DNA from: a virus
Taxonomy: Duplodnaviria; Caudoviricetes
Strand: one strand, 5' to 3'
IMG/VR virus record: IMGVR_UViG_3300016265_000497
Span: 1-26,248 of that record
DNA: 26,248 nucleotides
This document shows, in pieces, positions 16,626 through 23,662 of the stretch; the first letter of the stretch is position 1; the number at the start of each line of letters is the position of its first letter. The notes under the pieces were generated by a model. It had not been told where the DNA came from and made no database searches. It saw only the letters and a list, made by a program, of their open reading frames with translations. A program made the position numbers and the translations under genes.

Positions 16626-18218
16626 ATGAACTGTCCAGCATGTGATTCAACTGAAGTCATTAAGAAAGGTACTGTAGCTCTTGCTACTGGTACTATCAAG
16701 CAACGCTATAAGTGCAAGTCTTGTGGTGAGCCATTCAGTGTAGTGCCAAACGATGAAGCAACTGATGATCTGTTTGCCGATGAGTTTGAACAAGAACTTA
16801 CGCTTGATCCAGTTAGCTATGAACGATCAGATGAATGGCTAAATGTCAATGTCTATAACAAGCAGCGTCTTGTTATTACATCTGCTCAGAACAATACAGA
16901 AGTCGATCAAGACTTCATGCAGTGCATCGAACACTATAGAGTTGCAACCGATGCAGGACTCGTTGTGATTCCAATCAAGTACAAGACTGTCAATAGCGAA
17001 GATGATTCAAGTGCAGATGCATATGACGATGCAATCAGCGATTATCTATGTGAGAACACGCTGACATTCCCACAATGCAATGTGAAAGTCTATGCCGGAC
17101 TGCGAATTCAAGCAACTGCCGAGAACCCACTGTCTGGACTTGATCCACTCTCAAAAGGTTGGACAGTCATCGTTGGTCATGCTCAAGTGCAACTCAAGAC
17201 TTTGCCGAATCTGGATAAGCGCATCAGTGACATTCTGACAACGACTGGTGCTATCACTGTCAAAAACTACAGTAAATCAAAGCTTGGCGAAAAAGCTCGT
17301 TTCAATCACTCGCTGTCTGCAATCGTGCTTGAGTTTCATGAAGATGTCTACCATCTGCGACATCTGAACTATGATCCCACAACGAAGAGCTTCTTTGATA
17401 TTGATACTCAGTACAAGTCAGATGGCACAATTGAGAAACATGCGGCAGAAGCTCTCGTGACTGGTGACGAACATGCACTTTTCCGTGATCCAATCGTTGA
17501 GCAGTACACTTATACTGATGATAAATCGATTGTCAATACGCTGAAGCCAAAGTACATTGTTCGGCACGATAGTCTGGATGCTTATTCGGTGAGCCATCAT
17601 CACAAGAAGAATGTCTTCACTCAATATGCAAAGTGGAAGACTGGCTTCAACTCAATCGAAGAAGAACTTCGTCTGACTGTTGAGTATATCAACAAGACAA
17701 CGCCAGATTACTCGACAAGCTTGATTGTGCAGTCAAATCACAATGAACACCTGCTGCGCTGGCTCAACGAAGTTGATATCAAGACAGAACCGTGGAATGC
17801 AAAGCTCTATCACTTTCTGATGTATCAAATGCTTGAGCAGACAGAGATGGGTGCAAGTGGCACTGAACATCCTGATCCATTTGAACTCGTTGCTCGTCCG
17901 CACCTGAAACAGAATGTTGACTTCATCAATCGCTCTGGCGTCAAGATTATGGACATCGAAGTCGGTGCTCATGGTGATCGCGGCATCAATGGTGCTCGTG
18001 GTAGTGCTGCTGGCTTTGCGAGGATTCCAGACAAGATGATCGTTGGCCACAGTCACTCGCCGAGCATCCAGAAGGGATGTTATGTTGTTGGCACTTCGAG
18101 TCGCCTTGCACTTGAGTACAACAGCGGTGCTTCGACTTGGCATCATGCTCATGTCGTGATTCATCCAAACGGCAAGCGACAGATGATCTTTGTTACACCG
18201 AAGGGTTGGCGACTGTAA
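16626..18218 (+). CDS. A1: T5 A1-like metallophosphoesterase/nuclease with N-terminal zinc ribbon
   Basis: ITSAQNNT, NPLSG, TGAITVKNY..K.GEKA, GDEH, HD, SNH, HG.RGING.RG, GHSH, Y..GASTW...NGKR follow T5 A1 as I recall it. CPAC...QRYKCKSC at the N-terminus. Confidence 0.85.
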   Translation: MNCPACDSTEVIKKGTVALATGTIKQRYKCKSCGEPFSVVPNDEATDDLFADEFEQELTLDPVSYERSDEWLNVNVYNKQRLVITSAQNNTEVDQDFMQCIEHYRVATDAGLVVIPIKYKTVNSEDDSSADAYDDAISDYLCENTLTFPQCNVKVYAGLRIQATAENPLSGLDPLSKGWTVIVGHAQVQLKTLPNLDKRISDILTTTGAITVKNYSKSKLGEKARFNHSLSAIVLEFHEDVYHLRHLNYDPTTKSFFDIDTQYKSDGTIEKHAAEALVTGDEHALFRDPIVEQYTYTDDKSIVNTLKPKYIVRHDSLDAYSVSHHHKKNVFTQYAKWKTGFNSIEEELRLTVEYINKTTPDYSTSLIVQSNHNEHLLRWLNEVDIKTEPWNAKLYHFLMYQMLEQTEMGASGTEHPDPFELVARPHLKQNVDFINRSGVKIMDIEVGAHGDRGINGARGSAAGFARIPDKMIVGHSHSPSIQKGCYVVGTSSRLALEYNSGASTWHHAHVVIHPNGKRQMIFVTPKGWRL

Positions 18219-19159
18219 TGAGCAAAGCCATTGATTACTGTTTAGTCAATGGCTTCAAACATCGATTGATTGATTATCTTGAGATGTTTGATGCAATGAC
18301 TCATGACTTTTGGCGAGGACTAAACGACTTCACTAAAAATGACTGTTTAGATGATCTATCAGAGAACTTAGCATTGCTAAACAAGATCAAGTCTGACTGG
18401 TTCTCATATCGATTCGCATCATTGTTGGGATCGCCATATAACGTCGAGAACAACTCGACTCGACTAATTATTGAGTATGATGATATCATCAAACAAATTT
18501 TAGTCTCGGACTTGCAAGGAAACACGTTTTTCAAAAGGCAAATATCAATGGTTGGATTTAAAGAATATCGAATTCTATCGGAGATGGCGAAACTGATTGG
18601 TTCACCATTCTCTACGTTGGAAACAAATCACAAAGGATATAGGAACAAGTTGTTCCATGAAACAAAACACTGGAGCAAAACGCAACAGATTTCTCCGGAC
18701 TTACATCTACACCATGATGACGAGAACACATATCTCGTAAATGATCATGCAAACAAAGAAACGCTATATATTTCGAGCATCGAGAAGAAAGACTCAAGTC
18801 CTGGATTTCAACGTCCACACATCGAACAAACTGCTGTTGATCGTGTTAAGTCCGTAGATCGACTTCCAAAAGGTTTTGCTACGGAATTCATCTATGATCA
18901 TTTCAACAAACAAGCCTTGCCATTAAAGTCAAGCAACACGCAGTTTACGACTGGTGCAGCAATGTGGGAACGTCTTGTCTCTCGCGCTCTTGCTGATGGT
19001 AAGCATGTTTATGCAACTTCGCCGGACGGGGTTAGAAAAATTCACGACTACAACAAAGAGTTTGTGATGTCAACGACACGAGGCGAAGAGCCAGAATATG
19101 AGGACAAACACATCGTGATATCACATCATCCAATCGAAGAGTTTGGTAATTATCAGTAA
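18218..19159 (+). CDS. hypothetical protein with C-terminal GNAT-like domain (possible two-gene fusion)
   Basis: TAATG coupling at 18218. KGFATEFIY...LKSSNTQFTTGAAMWERL resembles the phage GNAT G..Y..L.SD.Q...W..L pattern. Confidence 0.65.
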   Translation: MSKAIDYCLVNGFKHRLIDYLEMFDAMTHDFWRGLNDFTKNDCLDDLSENLALLNKIKSDWFSYRFASLLGSPYNVENNSTRLIIEYDDIIKQILVSDLQGNTFFKRQISMVGFKEYRILSEMAKLIGSPFSTLETNHKGYRNKLFHETKHWSKTQQISPDLHLHHDDENTYLVNDHANKETLYISSIEKKDSSPGFQRPHIEQTAVDRVKSVDRLPKGFATEFIYDHFNKQALPLKSSNTQFTTGAAMWERLVSRALADGKHVYATSPDGVRKIHDYNKEFVMSTTRGEEPEYEDKHIVISHHPIEEFGNYQ

Positions 19160-19176
19160 AGAGAGAACTATTCATC

Positions 19177-19755
19177 ATGAATGAAATCCGTGCAGCAATC
19201 GTTGATCTCTTGCAATTGATGCGTGAATTGCTAGAGTGCATTCCAGATCAACATCGTAGACCGCTTCGTAGAGAGACTGCACAAGTCTCTGAGCAGATCG
19301 CAACGACTTGTCAGACATATGCAACGATTCGAGATGCAATCAATGAGTTCTGTTCTCGTAATGCAGTAGATGCAGATCAAGTCTATATCGATCCTTGCTC
19401 GATTCCAGTTCCATATGAAGACTATGATGATCCTGGTATTGAACTCACTGTCTATCGTGAAGAGACTGATCATGAGTATCTCGATCGGCTACGTGCAATC
19501 TATCAAGTCTGGCTTGAGAAAGCACTGACTCCAATCAGCACCAGTGAGTGGACTAAGCTCTTCTTTGAGATCAATCAACGCCTTTACATTGCACGTAACA
19601 TCACTGCGGATGAAGCAGTCATTAGAGAGTGTCTGGATGCGCTTGGATCGATCTACCACGCGATCCATCACGATGCTAATGGCGAAGCTACTATAGCTGA
19701 TCAAAATCGCTTCCCGCGATCTATATACGCGAGACTAGCAGCAAAGTATCTGTGA
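19177..19755 (+). CDS. hypothetical protein
   Basis: 192 aa ORF with YREETDHEY motif, followed by a terminator. Confidence 0.75.
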   Translation: MNEIRAAIVDLLQLMRELLECIPDQHRRPLRRETAQVSEQIATTCQTYATIRDAINEFCSRNAVDADQVYIDPCSIPVPYEDYDDPGIELTVYREETDHEYLDRLRAIYQVWLEKALTPISTSEWTKLFFEINQRLYIARNITADEAVIRECLDALGSIYHAIHHDANGEATIADQNRFPRSIYARLAAKYL

Positions 19756-19763
19756 TCGAAATG

Positions 19764-19800
19764 AAGAGTCTGGAGTCTAAATAACTTCAGACTCTTTTTT
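19764..19800 (+). terminator. intrinsic terminator whose loop is CTAAATA
   Basis: 13-bp stem 19764-19776/19784-19796 (one G-U), loop 19777-19783, T run. Confidence 0.8.
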
Positions 19801-19827
19801 ACTTTTATACAAGAACAAAACAATACA

Positions 19828-20763
19828 ATGTCGATCAAGAACATTCCACAGTCACTGCTTGATGCAGTCAATAAAGTGCTGACTGAAGAACATCCACCGA
19901 TTAATGATTCTACGAAGCAACACAACATTTCGATGTCTCAAAGCACTGGTGCAGACAAGTCGAAATGGGTTAACTTTTCTTTGAATGATGCCTCTGGTAA
20001 GCAGATTGGATCACTGATGCTGTCATCGCATGATGATGGTGCGAACTACTCTGTCCGTGAAGCAAATGTTGATCTTGCACATAGAGGTCTTGGTCACGGA
20101 AAGGCTATGTATCTTGCTGCAATAAATTTTGCAAAAGAAAACAATGCAAATCTCACAAGCGATAAAAGCATCTCAGTCGATGCGGATAACGTTTGGCATT
20201 CTCTTAGAAAAATGGGTGCGAGTGTCAACAGACATCCAAATGTGAAATTCGTTGCTGATAAGCTACGCACACACAGAAACATTGATGTTGGTGGAAACTC
20301 TGTATCCATACCATCAGACGAGCCTGTATGGAAATACACGAACAAGCAATCAGCGATCACTGAGTCCGAAGAAGACTATCGTGGAGAACACACTGCTCCA
20401 GGGCCGGATTACGGGGCACCAGCGCATGATCTGACTCGTGATATCTACCCATCAGACTTCTACTCAAGTCGCGGTGCTCGGCTCTATGGCGACGGCAGAG
20501 ATGATGACTACAAAGTACACTCGCAACTGAGAACTCTGCACAATCGTCCAGAAGCAGAAGTGAACATCTATCGAGCAGTGCCTAATGACTCAACGATCAA
20601 GGAAATCAATCCAGGCGACTGGGTAACGACCAACCTGCAATATGCTCATGATCATGGTGAACGATTCGACTCTCACAAGATTCTCTCAAAGCGAGTGAAA
20701 GCAAAAGAAATCTTTACAGATGGCAACTCATTCCATGAGTTCGGCTATCATCCACAAGACTAA
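19828..20763 (+). CDS. two-domain protein: GNAT-like plus ART-fold-like (polyvalent-protein type)
   Basis: V...HRGLGHGKAMY acetyl-CoA motif A, LTSD..IS..A..VW. Then IYRAVP...INPGDWVT...YA..HG...HEFGY. Confidence 0.75.
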   Translation: MSIKNIPQSLLDAVNKVLTEEHPPINDSTKQHNISMSQSTGADKSKWVNFSLNDASGKQIGSLMLSSHDDGANYSVREANVDLAHRGLGHGKAMYLAAINFAKENNANLTSDKSISVDADNVWHSLRKMGASVNRHPNVKFVADKLRTHRNIDVGGNSVSIPSDEPVWKYTNKQSAITESEEDYRGEHTAPGPDYGAPAHDLTRDIYPSDFYSSRGARLYGDGRDDDYKVHSQLRTLHNRPEAEVNIYRAVPNDSTIKEINPGDWVTTNLQYAHDHGERFDSHKILSKRVKAKEIFTDGNSFHEFGYHPQD

Positions 20764-20793
20764 AACAAAAAGGGACTCAATCAAGAGTCCCTT
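20762..20793. terminator. bidirectional terminator between convergent genes
   Basis: AAGGGACTC/GAGTCCCTT stem with an A run on the left (U tract on the minus strand). Confidence 0.8.
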
Positions 20794-20798
20794 CTACT

Positions 20799-21008
20799 TT
20801 ATGGCAGTTCTGGTACTGGCATCCAGTGCGTCACTTCACCGCCACCAAAGAATCCAGATCGACTGAAAAATACGTTGTCTTCTGGATCATACTGTCCAAC
20901 CCAGACTTGGGCACTTGCATCTGGACTAAAGATACCAGGTGCATGATAGAGAATCCATTGATTCTCCTTTGGCAGTCTATCGTCAACGCTAATCCATTTC
21001 ATAGTCAT
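20799..21008 (-). CDS. DUF551-family protein
   Basis: WISVDDRLP...VTHWMPVPELP. Confidence 0.9.
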   Translation of the reverse strand: MTMKWISVDDRLPKENQWILYHAPGIFSPDASAQVWVGQYDPEDNVFFSRSGFFGGGEVTHWMPVPELP

Positions 21009-21103
21009 TCCTTTCTTTGAATATTGCTATCCTAGCATAAAAGTCTTGCAGACAAGTAGTGTCTTACTTAAATAGATATATCACAATTACCATAATGATC
21101 ATC

Positions 21104-21907
21104 ATGGATTATCAAAAGATTTACTCCCAACTAATAGATGACAGGAAACAACGAAAACTGGAAGCTGACGTATATTATGAAAATCATCATATAATTCCAA
21201 AATGTCTAGGTGGAACAAATCAGAAAAGCAATCTAGTAAAGTTGACTGCTCGTGAACATTATATTGCTCATCTATTAATGTATAAGGCAGCAAAAGACGA
21301 AAATACAAAAATAAGAATGGCGTATGCTTTAAATGCTTTCAAGTATCTATCTTGTGACAAACGACAAATTAATTCTAGACAGTATGAAGTCATAAAAAAA
21401 GAATTTTCTAAAATGATGTCGATCAAGATGTCGGGAGAAAACAACCCATTTTATGGCAAAAAGCATACATCAGAATTGATAGAGAAATTGAGAACTATCA
21501 ATAGTGTACCATTATCTGAGAGAATTGGTGAAGAAAAAGCTTTGGAATCATCGCAAAAGAAATCAAAAGCAATGAAAGGCAGAACACCACCGAATAAAGG
21601 AAAGAAAATGAATATTTCTGAGCAAGGAATGAAAAATATTCATGCAAGAAATAAGAAACAGCGAAAGTATTACATAATTACTAGACCATCCGGTGAAAAG
21701 CTAATTGCAATGGGAACAGAAAGTTTTTGTAAGATTGAAAATGAATTGTACGGAACATCGTTGAACCCAAGATCACTAAAAAATCTTTTGTCTCCAAATC
21801 TTGAAACATATCGTACATATAAAGGATATTTTATTGAGAGAGTTGCTGATGATTTTGACATAACTCTTAGTGATCTACCATTGCATCCATCAGCTATTCC
21901 AGATTGA
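21104..21907 (+). mobile_element. free-standing HNH homing endonuclease with NUMOD3-type motif
   Basis: YENHHIIPKCLGGTN..NLV.LT.REHYIAH.L; GENNPFYGKKH. AT-rich. TTAAATA at 21068-21074 upstream. Confidence 0.9.
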
Positions 21908-22241
21908 TCTTGCAGTGATCACAGTTGCAAGGATCAGCATCGCGGTACTGCTCGGGAATCTGGTGACCAGGAACGCTACGCAGAATCGTAGAGCCTTCGA
22001 CCGACTCAACAGTACCGATGAACGACCAGCCGTTCAGCTTCGGTGCTTCACCAGTCACTTCGACTTCGACCTTCTGAGCATAGATGAAGTCGCCATACAG
22101 AGTCTCACCGATCTTGACCGAGACAGTCTTGCCGATAGTCAGCACAGGTGCTGCACAACCGAGCTTTGCTGCTTTCTTGGCCAGCTTGGCGATGTCGGCT
22201 TGCAGAGTTGCAACGTTCTGGGTGGGGATCAGGTAAGTCAT
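21894..22241 (-). CDS. early hypothetical protein, possibly truncated after CDHC
   Basis: Start MTYLIP at 22241 below a consensus promoter, strong codon bias. Ends ...CNCDHCKINLE* overlapping the HNH stop. Confidence 0.7.
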   Translation of the reverse strand: MTYLIPTQNVATLQADIAKLAKKAAKLGCAAPVLTIGKTVSVKIGETLYGDFIYAQKVEVEVTGEAPKLNGWSFIGTVESVEGSTILRSVPGHQIPEQYRDADPCNCDHCKINLE

Positions 22242-22271
22242 GATGTAGAGTGTGTTTGTTTGTGTGTAGTG

Positions 22272-22300
22272 ATTGTAGCAAGAAAATCCGAGGATTTCAA
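22272..22300 (-). promoter_or_regulatory. sigma70 promoter
   Basis: Minus strand TTGAAA, 17 bp, (TGc)TACAAT, then an A/C-rich leader to ATG 22241. Confidence 0.85.
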
Positions 22301-22308
22301 GAACTTTC

Positions 22309-22542
22309 TTACTTTTTCTTGTGAAACTTCGAAGTGAGATTATGCATACCAGAATCGACCATCTTGTCAAGCAGATACTGTTCACAGACTTTCTGATTGA
22401 CTTTGTAAGAAACATTCTTCTGCGCTGGTTTCTTCTCGACTGTTTTCGCGACACGAGCCACGCGCTGAGTCGTTTTCTTCTTCTGTGCGAAGAGAGACTT
22501 GAACAGACCGATGACTACTCGTTGAATGTCAGATGTTTTCAT
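22309..22542 (-). CDS. small basic hypothetical protein
   Basis: 77 aa; TACAAT 7 nt upstream of the ATG (leaderless). Confidence 0.6.
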   Translation of the reverse strand: MKTSDIQRVVIGLFKSLFAQKKKTTQRVARVAKTVEKKPAQKNVSYKVNQKVCEQYLLDKMVDSGMHNLTSKFHKKK

Positions 22543-22570
22543 GTCATGTATTGTACGTCAGGAATCCAAC

Positions 22571-22598
22571 AAAAGAAAAAGGCAGTCCGAAGACTACC
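22571..22598 (-). terminator. intrinsic terminator after phoH (cUUCGg tetraloop)
   Basis: Minus strand GGTAGTC-TTCG-GACTGCC-TTTTTCTTTT. Confidence 0.9.
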
Positions 22599-22629
22599 CG
22601 ATTGAATGTTGCTATCGAACGCTGTTAGT

Positions 22630-23487
22630 TCATAGTCCTAGACGTTCCTTGTTGATAATCCACGCCTTGACAAAGGAACTTCTCACGATGTCATCGCTTG
22701 TGAATTTGAAGTTTCGGAACTCTGCCATCTGTCGAGTTACTTCAATGAATTCGTGAAAGCCAGTGACATCATTTTTCTTGGTGATCAGATCGTTCTGTTT
22801 CCCATCGCCACAGAAGATGATCTTTGCATTTTTACCAACTCGCGTGACAATCGTATCCAACTCATGCCATGTCATGCCTTGTAGCTCGTCCACCAAGATA
22901 ATAGCATCTTCGAACGTGTCGCCCCTAAGTGCCGAAGTTGAGATGAATTCAACTTTGCCCATATCCTTTAGTTTCTCATATGCATCTTTCTTACCTGTGA
23001 GTTTTGCAAAGACACTATGATATGGAGCTTCAAATGCTTCCATTTTTTGGGCCAAATCCCCAGGAAGATGTCCTTGATCGCGCGTCTGAACACTGGATCG
23101 AATGATAATTAGTTGTTTATATTCTGGCTTCTGTGGATCAAGAACATCAAGAATTGCGTGATAAATCCCCAACGTAGTCTTACCCGTACCAGCAGAACCG
23201 TAAAGTACATATCCAGTTGCTTGATCGTCTTCCCATGCTTCAAAGAAGTCGTACTGAGTATCAGTCAGTGGTTTAAGTTCTTTAACATCTTCAAATCGAA
23301 CAACACGTTGACGAGTATTGATATCAATGACGTTTGCAATTCCAGTTTCCTTTTCTAGGCGTTTTTGTTGACGACTTAGGCGCTTTGCTTGACGTTGAGT
23401 TTCGACATCAAGAAAGTCTTCTTTCATTTTTGCATTGCTACGGCGTGCATTACGGATTTTGCCTGAAGTGTTGAAAGAACGAGCCAT
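22630..23487 (-). CDS. phoH: PhoH-family ATPase
   Basis: GSAGTGKT, RS.V...GHLPGDL..K, LRGDTF, DELQ, TRVG, GD..QNDL, DIVRS..VK. Confidence 0.95.
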   Translation of the reverse strand: MARSFNTSGKIRNARRSNAKMKEDFLDVETQRQAKRLSRQQKRLEKETGIANVIDINTRQRVVRFEDVKELKPLTDTQYDFFEAWEDDQATGYVLYGSAGTGKTTLGIYHAILDVLDPQKPEYKQLIIIRSSVQTRDQGHLPGDLAQKMEAFEAPYHSVFAKLTGKKDAYEKLKDMGKVEFISTSALRGDTFEDAIILVDELQGMTWHELDTIVTRVGKNAKIIFCGDGKQNDLITKKNDVTGFHEFIEVTRQMAEFRNFKFTSDDIVRSSFVKAWIINKERLGL

Positions 23488-23617
23488 TGTTGATTGATTC
23501 CTGTGTTAGAAAAGACAAAGGCACTCTCGACAACAGAATTTTTAAGCTCTATTGCTGAGAGTGCCTTGCGGGGTGGCACAACTTGGATAGTGGGAGGTTC
23601 TATACGCATTGTAAACG

Positions 23618-23639
23618 TATTTAAAAGATACTCTAAATA
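23618..23639. promoter_or_regulatory. back-to-back TAAATA late-promoter-like motifs
   Basis: TTAAATA on minus (23618-23624) toward phoH; CTAAATA on plus (23633-23639) toward the tail gene. Confidence 0.55.
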
Positions 23640-23662
23640 TTAGAAAATAGGAGTATTACGTC

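Noticed and set aside
16626-16745. IS1 InsA transposase
   Set aside because: Only a zinc ribbon fused in frame to an A1-like domain; no InsB or IS ends.
21104-21907. Group I intron around the HNH gene
   Set aside because: Flanking genes are on the opposite strand and there is no non-coding space for an intron core.
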